64,000 nt of DNA from a virus (taxonomy: Duplodnaviria > Caudoviricetes): positions 128,001-192,000 of IMG/VR virus record IMGVR_UViG_3300021167_000382; one strand, written 5' to 3'. Of the stretch, positions 39,193-50,809 are shown one piece after another. The translations under genes were made by a program, and so were the position numbers. The notes under the pieces were generated by a model. It saw nothing but the letters and a program-made list of their open reading frames with translations. It had not been told where the DNA came from and ran no database searches. Position 1 is the first letter of the stretch, and each line of letters begins with the position of its first letter.

Positions 39193-40331
39193 CATGCGTG
39201 GAGTTCTTCAAGAAGTTGGAAAAGTTGCTTTCCTTCTTCAGGTTTTAATTCATGACGAAGACTGACTTCACTGAAAATAGCTTCAGTCAGCGTTTGACGA
39301 TTCAGAGAGACTGGTGTGTAATCCACCTCTTTACTGATCTCTTCTTTCGCTGCTTCTTCCTTCACAATTTTCTTACTAAACTGGAAGAAAGGATACTTTA
39401 AACGAATCTCGTCGAAGGCTTGAAAAACGTCATGCGTCGCCGTGGCAGCGATACGGACATAACTTCCATGCGGAAGGTCGCCGATCTCTTTATCGAGCTT
39501 CCTGAGTACCTTCTCGAGCGTCCCAGTAACCTCTACAGTGATATATTGCTTCGCTTGTTTGTTCTCAAGGAAAATAGGCAACCATTGATGCGGTCGCTGT
39601 TCCTTAAAATACCAAGCACCTTTAGGCATAGGTTCACCATGGGCAATACGGTCAAAAGATCCTTGAGCAAAGATCCGTTCATATTGAGACCGGGTATGGA
39701 TATGACCGATGACAATAAAGTACTCGACCAGGTTCAGGTAAAGTTCTTCGTCATGAACCTTTGCATTCATCGGGATCGTACCGAGCTGATACTTGAACAT
39801 ACCATGCATCACACCGATCCCAACCTTAGACAACTGATGCTGCTTAAGGAGATCCAGAATATCCTGATAGCACCCTTCAGCAGTGGGACGGCATTCGTCC
39901 GGTACGTACAATACAGTTGTTTCCAATACCGCAAGATACTCGATGCTAAGATCCTTAACATACTTAAAGTCAAGACCAGGACAGATTACTTCCGTGTAAG
40001 CCGCAATCGTTATCCCTTGTAGGCGGTCATGCTTCGGTGTTCCTTCCAAGACCCGTACTGTAATCTTCTTTCGTTCACACCAATGCGTAAACTTATACCA
40101 GAACTGGAAGAAACCTGGAAGATGCTCCGATGAAAGCTGAAGCGTATCATCCCAGAGATCCCCCGCAATGAAGATCACTTTCAAATCGTTGAAGTTATCC
40201 TTCAGATTGAAATTCCCGAAGAAGTCTTCTAGATTTTTAAGGATGAACCCTGCAGGGGTATTTCGATTACCAAGATGAACGTCGGATAAGGACAGAATAC
40301 CGCGATTATTCATCGAAGCTGAAGTCATCAT
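39192..40331 (-). CDS. sbcD: SbcD/Mre11-like metallophosphoesterase nuclease (phiKZ gp65-like)
   Basis: SDVHLG, AGDLWD, EGTPKHD, MHG, GHIH, QGSFDR motifs. Confidence 0.9.
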   Translation of the reverse strand: MMTSASMNNRGILSLSDVHLGNRNTPAGFILKNLEDFFGNFNLKDNFNDLKVIFIAGDLWDDTLQLSSEHLPGFFQFWYKFTHWCERKKITVRVLEGTPKHDRLQGITIAAYTEVICPGLDFKYVKDLSIEYLAVLETTVLYVPDECRPTAEGCYQDILDLLKQHQLSKVGIGVMHGMFKYQLGTIPMNAKVHDEELYLNLVEYFIVIGHIHTRSQYERIFAQGSFDRIAHGEPMPKGAWYFKEQRPHQWLPIFLENKQAKQYITVEVTGTLEKVLRKLDKEIGDLPHGSYVRIAATATHDVFQAFDEIRLKYPFFQFSKKIVKEEAAKEEISKEVDYTPVSLNRQTLTEAIFSEVSLRHELKPEEGKQLFQLLEELHA

Positions 40332-40893
40332 CGATACGCTTATTCGATTCTTGTACAGACGATGTACCTTCAGGTTTTTGGATCAGCTTGTAGAAGCTGA
40401 AGACTTCTTCCCAAGGGTTATGCGGTGTTTCACTGGGTTTAATCAGTGCATCCAGTCGTTTCGTAGCGGCAGCACTGAATTCACCTACGGCCGCTCTTGG
40501 ATTAACCGAGGCATTGTCGATAAGCGAGCCAAAGATATGGCGATAGGACTCCACCCCAAACTTCTGCTCTTCCGTATTCAAACGACTACTATCGTAGAGC
40601 GGTGGCACAGTGAAGAGCTTGTTACCCTGAACGTCGACGATATCTGCGGGTTCCATAGGAGATCCGACCACGCCCGCCCAATGCGCAGTGAACTCGCCTG
40701 TCCGTTTTTCCAAGTCTGGATCAAGCCCTGCGAATACAGGAAGAAAGATTTCACGGAAGACATTCTCCGGAATCCGCTTCACGGGTTCCTTGATTTGCTC
40801 CATCATGCCTGAAATGAAGTCAGCGGCTTCAGCTTTATCAAACTGATCCATCTGCTCCATCATTCGGTCAATACGGTCTTTTTTCTCAATCAT
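40306..40893 (-). CDS. Conserved phiKZ-like core protein
   Basis: IPENVFREIFLP...W.GVVG...LFTVPPL motif; synteny. Confidence 0.6.
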   Translation of the reverse strand: MIEKKDRIDRMMEQMDQFDKAEAADFISGMMEQIKEPVKRIPENVFREIFLPVFAGLDPDLEKRTGEFTAHWAGVVGSPMEPADIVDVQGNKLFTVPPLYDSSRLNTEEQKFGVESYRHIFGSLIDNASVNPRAAVGEFSAAATKRLDALIKPSETPHNPWEEVFSFYKLIQKPEGTSSVQESNKRIDDDFSFDE

Positions 40894-40901
40894 TTTAATA
40901 C

Positions 40902-41309
40902 CTAACCTTTGAGGATGTTAACGATTTCGACGATCTTCAGGTTGTTATACCGAAGTAGTCGATTAAGATTGAACATTTCCCCAGTATTATCAGAGAAAGC
41001 CAGAAAGAAGCTCAAGGAGTTCGTATTAACTGATCCTTCATCTTGGATCGCAAGAACTTCAACCTGAACATCGTTAAACTGTTGAGTAAAATAACTTTTC
41101 AACAATTCCTGAATCTGCAATGCAAGCTGAGATGCGTCGTCAGCGTACCGTTGAACCAACCAAGGAAAGGATTTCACCTTATCAGGCCAGGTCGAAGTCT
41201 GGCTATACTCTGATAGAAAGAAGTCACTGAGCATCTGGTCAGCGACATGGATAGATGATTTTGTCCAACCATCTATGGATAATGACGGATGTAAATATTT
41301 AGAAGGCAT
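40902..41309 (-). CDS. Conserved phiKZ-like core protein
   Basis: PSLSIDGW...FFLSEYSQT motif; 135 aa; GAGG RBS. Confidence 0.6.
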   Translation of the reverse strand: MPSKYLHPSLSIDGWTKSSIHVADQMLSDFFLSEYSQTSTWPDKVKSFPWLVQRYADDASQLALQIQELLKSYFTQQFNDVQVEVLAIQDEGSVNTNSLSFFLAFSDNTGEMFNLNRLLRYNNLKIVEIVNILKG

Positions 41310-41401
41310 AGCTACCTCAGAAGTTCTTGTGTCACACTATTCGCACCATTGAACAAAAAGAAAAAAGAAGAGGGCAAGGTGCCCTCTTCTTAGTTGCGTG
41401 A

Positions 41402-42079
41402 TTACTCACCCATTAGGGAAACGATCAAAGCCATTCTGTATTGCTCAACACCAGTCAAGCGATACAGACTTGCTTTGTTATCCGGACGCTCCATCACTAG
41501 GAAGTCACTGGTTGCAGGGTCACGATAAAGAATGCATGACGTGAAGTCATCGGTTGCCGAGTAATATGTTATTTCAATGTTTCGAGATGCATCGTCTGTG
41601 AATTCCAACGCAATCACGCGACGGTAGCCGTCCTTGAAAGGATGGAACTTTTGCATGAACTGAACTTCCATCAGTGGTTCATGATTGATGTATGTCGGAT
41701 CAACCTCAGTCATAGCACGAACGATGTGGTCGTGATGCAGGCAGCTTCGTTCTTCCTGGATTGCGATTTCCAGATGAAAAGCTTCATCGACCGGGGAAGT
41801 ATTTGCGGCCTGAATAACCGCCACAGCTGCATTAAAGCCGTACCAGAGGTCGATATTCGGTACCTCATCCTTAAACTTATAAAGACAGACTTGAATCGAG
41901 GTAGGGAGCTTCATTCCAAGACTATTCAGTATGGTGGCAGCTCGGATAATAGTTTCATTGCAGATAGCCCAAGCGCTACGGTCGTGTTCAAATAGAACTT
42001 GAGTGAAATTAGACTCGGAGAGAGACATGAGTGAACGTACGGTCAGAAGTACGTGCTGTCCGGTTTTATGGTCTGACAT
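41402..42079 (-). CDS. Hypothetical protein
   Basis: 225-aa ORF, AAGGAG RBS, terminator at 41365-41391. Confidence 0.7.
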   Translation of the reverse strand: MSDHKTGQHVLLTVRSLMSLSESNFTQVLFEHDRSAWAICNETIIRAATILNSLGMKLPTSIQVCLYKFKDEVPNIDLWYGFNAAVAVIQAANTSPVDEAFHLEIAIQEERSCLHHDHIVRAMTEVDPTYINHEPLMEVQFMQKFHPFKDGYRRVIALEFTDDASRNIEITYYSATDDFTSCILYRDPATSDFLVMERPDNKASLYRLTGVEQYRMALIVSLMGE

Positions 42080-42227
42080 TGTGAAAACTCCTTGAGTTAA
42101 TAAACTTGTGAACGATCTTTCGAGATTAATTCCCAGTAGGTTTAATAATCGGCTGTTTAAGTCTCGGTAGGTCCTTCTTTAGAGGTGTAAAAAGGGAAGG
42201 AGGCGTGCGCCTCCTTCCCTCTATTGA

Positions 42228-42869
42228 TTAACCGCCGATATTTCCATTGAAAATATCAGTAGGATCGATCTTCGCCGCTAGTGCTGAATCGATAATATCC
42301 CAAACGCTCAGGATCGTGAACTTCTCCTCATCATTCAAGAGTCGATCGCCGGCATGGAGATCTTCCAAGTAGTGCGAGATAACGAGTCGATCTTCACCTG
42401 TCGCTGGGTCAGCTTCAGTTCGAATTACATGTTCCATGACACGCCGGTAGTCGTAGTGGTCTTCACCCACGGCATCAGGTTGGAAATCCGTGTAGGTATC
42501 GCTATAACCATCACAGAGCTGCCGATGGTAGAGTTCACGAAGCGATGGCTGCGCCATGATGTAACGCTGCATGATGGGTTTCGCTGATTGCACCTGATCG
42601 ATCGTATTCAGTGACACGATTGCGTTCGGGTGTAGCAGCGATTTTACTGTACGAGCGATCTTTCGAGCAGAACGTTCGATAGTGCCATCATTATAGACCG
42701 CATGAAGCTCAGTCGCACGATTCAAGAAACCCCGTCCAACATCCGTCAAGATGCCAGTTGCTGCTTGGAGTTGATTAGAGATCCATTCCCGAGCATGTGG
42801 AGCAATCTCAGGAAAGGACATCATCGTCATAGCGCCAGGGTGGGATGGTGGTAAGACGTTGACTTGCAC
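42228..42869 (-). CDS. Conserved core protein (phiKZ gp59-like by synteny)
   Basis: MQRYIMAQP..R.LY....DGYSDTY...GEDHYDYRRVM...DPT motif; directly downstream of the beta' N-part gene. Confidence 0.6.
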   Translation of the reverse strand: MQVNVLPPSHPGAMTMMSFPEIAPHAREWISNQLQAATGILTDVGRGFLNRATELHAVYNDGTIERSARKIARTVKSLLHPNAIVSLNTIDQVQSAKPIMQRYIMAQPSLRELYHRQLCDGYSDTYTDFQPDAVGEDHYDYRRVMEHVIRTEADPATGEDRLVISHYLEDLHAGDRLLNDEEKFTILSVWDIIDSALAAKIDPTDIFNGNIGG

Positions 42870-42875
42870 AGGGGA

Positions 42876-45375
42876 TTAACCTCCTTGATGGGTGGCTTGA
42901 GCTGCATCCCGACGACTACGCCGCAACCATTCAGAGGTTGAAGCGATCACACTGTCCGTCATCGAGGCATTTTTCGAGAGTTCCAATGGTTTATCGAGCA
43001 ACAGCAAGTTGAAATGAGGGCGGAATGGGTAATACAGATCTTCCATGAAATGGTCCATGGCTGGCATGAAATTAACTTCGTCTACTAGTTACGTGGACTA
43101 TATCTTAGCAAGCATAGCTCGCTCCCCCCGTTTCGGAACAGTGTCTCTCGACAGTAATCCCTACTCTACTCGGTTCGTCTCCCGACGCCTTTCGATAGTC
43201 TCTGAACGTTCACCAGTTAAGGCGCTTCGCTGCTGATTGTACCTGACTCTCGATTTTCAAGCATATCGCGCTCACCGTTTCCAGTCACGCTGTAGCTCAA
43301 GAGCTTCATGGGTAGTTTCCAGCAATTAGAGGGGTTTAACGACGGCAACGTTATTTCTTTCTACCGTCATAGTCCTTATTGTCCAACTAAGTCGCCTATT
43401 AGTCTTAGTTCGGTGTGCGTCGACACCCGCACGACATCTCTGCCGTGAACAGATCATATCTTCACCTTCACCCGTGGTGGTAAGGTGCTTCCTTTTTCTT
43501 CCCCTCAGTGGCTTAGGGGTTCTACTCTACTCGGTTCGTCTCCCGACGCCTTTCAATGATCGTTGAACGTTCACCCTCCCGGGTGCTTCGCTGCGGGTTA
43601 TCTAAACTCAACTTCTTTTACCATACCCAGTTAGTTAAGCTGGCCGCGCACCACTTTCGTTTATGCGTTTGGTGTGTTGAGTAATAAAGACTTTCCCGTC
43701 AATTAAGGAAGATTCACTCTGATTTTTTCAAACCAGGTGGCCTGAGGTATCCCCAGCATTCATGGAAGTTGCGATAAGATCCGAAATTGAGACTGTAGTG
43801 TCAAGAGGGTTAGTCTTGAACTTGGTAATTCGCACTGTCTCAGCCGAACCTTGCATCAGAGATGGCTTTTGTCCATTCAGTTCGCTAGACTGAACCGGTA
43901 CGCTAGGTACCTGCTATAGCTTTCACTATAGAACAGACTATATCTTAACCTTCACCCTTGGTGGTCAGGTTCTCCCGTTCACCGCGCTTGCGGTACCTAG
44001 TCGTTGAGCACACACCTTACCCTCTCGGGCTATAGGCGCTTCGCTGCGGATTTCCCAATACACGTCTCTTTTACCATACCTGAGTGATTAGTTCAGCCGC
44101 ATAGTCTCTTTCGAGCGTATGCTTGGTGTACGTGTCTCTAAGGGGGTCCCCGTCAGTTAGAGAGATTTTACAGTAGTATTTCTACTACAGGCAACCGAGT
44201 TGATTGCGTTGGATGGTACTGATGATCGCACCATGACGACTACCCTTGATCAGATCCTGCATCATGGCATCCAGCTTCGGATGATATTTCCCAACATGAT
44301 CCATGAGGAAGTTGGTTGCTTCACCATGGGTCATACCGCCATGAGGATGATCTCGTCGGAGTAGAACGGCCATATGGTGCTGCCACCAGACTGTAACCCC
44401 AACACCCCAAGGCACATGGATCTCGTCATACTCATGAATCCCGTCATGCGAGGTGATCACCGCTCGGAAGCTATAGTTACCTCGTGTCCCATACACATGC
44501 TTCCGATACGTCCCAGTCTTGGGGCGAAGGTTGGTAGCGATGTAGTTTTCGTAGTAATCACACAACATCAGCAGAATCTTAGCAGTCCGATTCTCAATAA
44601 CAGTCGGGGTCTTGTCATGATAGTCGGTGTCAATGCTCAGCATCGTGTTCATGATGTTGTGCATGTCCAGTACGTGGGATTCTACGAAACGACCCAGGTC
44701 ATTGGCTTCCACCACCAACAGCGCACGATTGATCAGTGGTAGATAGTTGCAGAAGATGAGATGCCGGTGCGTCTGGACAAAGTATTCCAGTGGGTCAGTG
44801 TCTGGCGGCACACCGACCATATCCCGAGTTGTCTTGTGCAGATGGCTCTTGGTCACGAACTCCCCAGACCGGATGAGGTAGGAGAAGATCTCGTCAAACT
44901 GCCGAATGAAGTTATTCAAACCACGTGGGAGGCCGTCCGAGATCATCTTCGTTAAGATCGCTGGCCGTGCTTGCGGCACATAGCTTCGATCAATCAGCCA
45001 GCGGATGATGTTGCAACCCTTCTTACTGAAACGATGTTGAAGCATGATCAGTACATGCGGAACGATCAACGCATCAACACCCATCGGCTTACGGAACCAG
45101 AGCATGGACTTGATATCATCTTTGATGGATTGTTCCACAGGGGTCTTACAGGATTCACACAGCATACCCACATACTGCTCGCCACGGAGTTCACCGCAGC
45201 GACACTTCGGCATCATGGTGACCATATCCGCGGTATGTGTCTCCTTGATCAGCCAGTTAAAATATTCACGATCCCTTTCTGTTCTATTTGGAAGATCGTT
45301 GATGATGATGACTTCGTTCGGCGGAAGCGTTTCGAAATCCCTATTGTAGTTGACAAGTTCTTGAAAAACCGGCAC
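42876..45375 (-). CDS. rpoC: Non-virion RNA polymerase beta' subunit, N-terminal catalytic part (phiKZ gp55/56.1-like); spliced from 4 exons: 45375-44203, 43865-43755, 43374-43363, 43082-42876 (500 aa)
   Basis: CRCG..CESC zinc finger, K.G.YRKHVYGTR..FRAVI; joined exons restore QRN|PSLMQGS and MNA|DYDG|DEVN (NADxDGD). Confidence 0.9.
43083..43362 (-). ncRNA. Group I intron 3 (280 nt, no ORF; apparent terminal A)
   Basis: P1 exon GACGGU / intron GCCGUC; P AAUUGCUGGAAA, Q AAUCAGCAGC, R UCAGAGACUA, S AAGAUAUAGUC. Confidence 0.88.
43375..43754 (-). ncRNA. Group I intron 2 (380 nt, no ORF)
   Basis: Follows exon U, ends in G; P AAUUGACGGGAAA, Q AACCCGCAGC, R UCAACGAUCA, S AAGAUAUGAUC (compensatory P7 change). 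Confidence 0.9.
43866..44202 (-). ncRNA. Group I intron 1 (337 nt, no ORF)
   Basis: P1 exon GCAAU / intron GUUGC; ends in G; P AACUGACGGGGA, Q AAUCCGCAGC, R UCAACGACUA, S AAGAUAUAGUC. Confidence 0.92.
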
Positions 45376-45407
45376 AGACAGCCTCCTATTGTTAAGGTTA
45401 CCTCAAG

Positions 45408-45421
45408 TAGTATATACATGG
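45408..45421 (-). promoter_or_regulatory. Early promoter motif (CCATGTATATACTA)
   Basis: Consensus match upstream of the beta' N-part gene; identical 14-mer at 50307-50320. Confidence 0.7.
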
Positions 45422-45471
45422 TCAAGATACAACTAGAAGCGGGTGGGGTCCACCCGCTTCTATAACCATCG

Positions 45472-46083
45472 TTACTTCTTAAGATACGCAGTGACGTCGA
45501 AAGCTTCGGTGGTCAGATTGCCCGAGTTAGTCATGAGTTGGTCGAAGGAGACCTTATTTCCAGTCGGTTTGGTTGGTTTACTCACTACCGTGGTCTCGGC
45601 CACTGTGGCAAGTTCATCGAAAGAGATCATTGAAGATTTCTTAGGAGTCACTGCTGTTGCAGGCTTGGCCATGTAAGACGGTGAAGCTGGTTTAACCTCA
45701 GCATGTTTGGCTGTTTCTTTTTCAGCAGCAGCACTTGAGGAATCTGATTTCATGGCAGCAGCCAAGCCCGCAGCCAAAGACGACTTGGCACGGGACAAGC
45801 GACGGCCGAGTTCCGCTTCCTTCGTGATCTTTTCAACAGACTTCTTAGCCTGCTTAGTTTCAGCGATTGTCGCGATCGATTTACCGACTTCAGCGATCGA
45901 TTTTTCTGGAGACATCTTCTTAGCCGCGATCTTATCAACGGCAACATTGACAGCCTTTTTCACGGCTTCGATCTTTTGGGCTTTCTTGATGGTCTTATCC
46001 ACCACAGGAACGGCTTTCTTGATATCAGCCGATTCAGATTTCTTCACAGCGACTTGCTTTGTAGGTTTCTTGGCGGTGGCCAT
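45472..46083 (-). CDS. Lys/Ala-rich basic, histone H1-like protein
   Basis: Start MATAKKPTKQVAVKK with GGAG RBS; many KK/AKK/PKK motifs; low complexity. Confidence 0.65.
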   Translation of the reverse strand: MATAKKPTKQVAVKKSESADIKKAVPVVDKTIKKAQKIEAVKKAVNVAVDKIAAKKMSPEKSIAEVGKSIATIAETKQAKKSVEKITKEAELGRRLSRAKSSLAAGLAAAMKSDSSSAAAEKETAKHAEVKPASPSYMAKPATAVTPKKSSMISFDELATVAETTVVSKPTKPTGNKVSFDQLMTNSGNLTTEAFDVTAYLKK

Positions 46084-46084
46084 A

Positions 46085-47137
46085 TTAGGACTCCTTCTCG
46101 ATTTGAAAATCTTCAACAGTGAAATTAACAACCGACTTCTTCGGAACAAAATCCGGAATCGGCAAGATGGCGAGGGCGTTATCTGAAACCAGAGTAGTCA
46201 GTAGTTCTTTGGTTTCGGCGTTGGACTTGTGGTAGGTCAGGTCCGAGATGATTTCCAGAGAAACCGGAATAAGGTTGCATTCAGCCGCTACCTTGCTCAG
46301 CAAGAAACTGAACATCGGCAATACCTGATAATACACCGTCTGAACTTCACACGGCGTTAACTTAACCTGCAGGGTTAGTTCAGTAGTACCAGGAGAAACC
46401 CAGAAATGAAGCGAGTCTAGGAACCCATAAGCCGCCGCACGATCGAGAATGGGTTGCTCTTTATCGCAGAAATCAGGCAATGGTGATGTGGCGGGATGTG
46501 ATAGTGAAACGCGTATGCTAGCCCCACCTTTCTTCAGAGAAACCAGTACACGGTTCAGCTGATCCACCGCAGAGCAGTAAATGATCTTGGTGTAGGTTTC
46601 GACACTATCCGAAAACTGCTGGCGGTCTTCCGGTGACATATGTTCCCAAACATCTGCACAGTTCTTCACCATGTTTTCAGGAATACTGGAGAATGCAGTG
46701 CTTGCGACAGCAAAAGGATGAATGCCTTCATTGATAGCTGGATAATGCCGCAGGAGATGACCCGCGTAACGACCAATCGAACGCTTACAGCTGTCGTACA
46801 GATCTTTGAATACGAAAGCTGCGTATTCATTAGCGATGACTTCATACGAAATCAATGCATCGACATGGTCCTTTGCAGTTTTCTCATCCACTGCAAATTT
46901 CTGAAGGTAGTCACTACCCATGCCTTCAGGAAGGACTGTGTCACCAGTTATCATGAAACACATGTCCATGATCTGACCATCGACCTGTGCTTTCGCAGTA
47001 TCGTTGTTGATACAGATGACAGAGTCCGGTTGAATCTGGAACCGGATTGTTTCCGCTGTATCCGAGAAGAACACGGTGTTCTCATCAGCATCAGTCATTG
47101 CTTCAAGCGTTGCTTTCAAATCTTCTTTTGTAGTCAT
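46085..47137 (-). CDS. Degenerate thymidylate synthase (ThyA)-fold protein
   Basis: VDQLNRVLVSLK...HP...LP and FSFLLSKVAAECNLIP spacing follows ThyA, but PCH, RSxD and HIY are absent. Confidence 0.5.
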   Translation of the reverse strand: MTTKEDLKATLEAMTDADENTVFFSDTAETIRFQIQPDSVICINNDTAKAQVDGQIMDMCFMITGDTVLPEGMGSDYLQKFAVDEKTAKDHVDALISYEVIANEYAAFVFKDLYDSCKRSIGRYAGHLLRHYPAINEGIHPFAVASTAFSSIPENMVKNCADVWEHMSPEDRQQFSDSVETYTKIIYCSAVDQLNRVLVSLKKGGASIRVSLSHPATSPLPDFCDKEQPILDRAAAYGFLDSLHFWVSPGTTELTLQVKLTPCEVQTVYYQVLPMFSFLLSKVAAECNLIPVSLEIISDLTYHKSNAETKELLTTLVSDNALAILPIPDFVPKKSVVNFTVEDFQIEKES

Positions 47138-47145
47138 AGTGACTT

Positions 47146-47805
47146 TCAGGCAGTGAGGTGGTCGTTAATTCCGTAAAGGATCGTCGCAGCGTTCATTTTC
47201 GGATCGGCAGTTGAATCGATGCGGATAACTTCGGTATGAGGCGTACCGCAGAGTTTACGATGTGTCTGGAGCTCCTGGAACCCGTACAATGCAGTTTGGT
47301 AGTTATTGAAAACCCGCATATGGTAAACATCGCCCAGGCGCTCGATACTGTCGAGTGGCACGCCGCGTTTCTTGAGGTTTTCCTGTGCAGCTTCAAAAGA
47401 GATATCCAGGAAGACTAGAAAATTAATATGCGGGAAGTCACCGATGATACCGTTGAGATTCCGACATTCAGTCACCAACATGTCCGTCATGGACTGGTAG
47501 ACTGTCCGACTAAGTTCTGTCCGTTCAAGAATAACCCAACAACCGTCTTCCAATGCCTGACGACATTGCCGTGCAGCTTCCATAGCACAGAGACCGATTA
47601 AAAGAAGCCGTTCACGCTCAGTCCAATGCGAGTTCTGGAGAAGCAGTTCTCGAGCAGGACAATGAGCAAGCATCGCCACACGGCGATTACGAATACCTTC
47701 ATTATCCAGGCGATCCTGGAGAGCGCCGGCGAGCGTGGTCTTTCCGCAGCCATCGACACCCTCCAATGCAATGATACCTGGCGTATGTTCTTTCAATATT
47801 TTCAT
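47146..47805 (-). CDS. tmk: Thymidylate kinase
   Basis: IALEGVDGCGKTT P-loop, WVILER...S..VYQ, VFLDI, DSIE. Confidence 0.88.
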   Translation of the reverse strand: MKILKEHTPGIIALEGVDGCGKTTLAGALQDRLDNEGIRNRRVAMLAHCPARELLLQNSHWTERERLLLIGLCAMEAARQCRQALEDGCWVILERTELSRTVYQSMTDMLVTECRNLNGIIGDFPHINFLVFLDISFEAAQENLKKRGVPLDSIERLGDVYHMRVFNNYQTALYGFQELQTHRKLCGTPHTEVIRIDSTADPKMNAATILYGINDHLTA

Positions 47806-47810
47806 GCCAC

Positions 47811-50265
<2,455 letters not shown>

Positions 50266-50306
50266 TTCTTATTCCTTATTTAAAAACTTTAGATTCCTGG
50301 TACACG

Positions 50307-50320
50307 TAGTATATACATGG
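50307..50320 (-). promoter_or_regulatory. Early promoter motif (CCATGTATATACTA)
   Basis: Consensus match heading the ligase-tmk operon, next to the terminator at ~50343-50372. Confidence 0.7.
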
Positions 50321-50377
50321 CTGAAAACAAAAAGTAAACAGAGACAGGAGGGGCGATTGCCCCTCCTGTCTTCTATT

Positions 50378-50797
50378 TCAAAGGTAGTATTTCTGAGCGA
50401 TATCGCGGTTATGTGAAATCACAATAACAACATTAATCAATGCGTTTTTAAGTTCGCTCGTATAATGCATCAGTGGGATGTGCGGAGAATCAACCGCGAG
50501 TGTCAGGACTTCAATGATGCGTGTTACATTTGAACAGATCAAGTCAAACTTGGGTGGTGTGAGTTTGATGTTCAGCATCGTTGAATAATAGTGAAACCGA
50601 CTCACTTCCCGAATACAGACACCAACGCAGCGTCTGAAAAGACACGAGACCATTTCAGGACTATGAAGACTACAGCGGTCGATGATGTAGACTAATCGAC
50701 GATTGAGATCGGCATCCTTGTCCTTGAAACCTTCTTCTTCCAGTTCCTTAATGAAAATCAGAATACTTTCATTAAGTTCTTCTTCTACGGTTGACAT
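50378..50797 (-). CDS. Hypothetical protein
   Basis: 139-aa ORF in operon. Confidence 0.6.
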   Translation of the reverse strand: MSTVEEELNESILIFIKELEEEGFKDKDADLNRRLVYIIDRCSLHSPEMVSCLFRRCVGVCIREVSRFHYYSTMLNIKLTPPKFDLICSNVTRIIEVLTLAVDSPHIPLMHYTSELKNALINVVIVISHNRDIAQKYYL

Positions 50798-50809
50798 GAC
50801 GTAAAACCT

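Noticed and set aside
42876-43067. Stand-alone 63-aa ORF
   Set aside because: Better explained as part of exon 4 of the beta' gene (frame extends upstream to DEVNF)
44185-44202. C-terminal QLGCL* of the 396-aa ORF in the track
   Set aside because: These codons are the 5' end of intron 1; the real protein continues in exon 2
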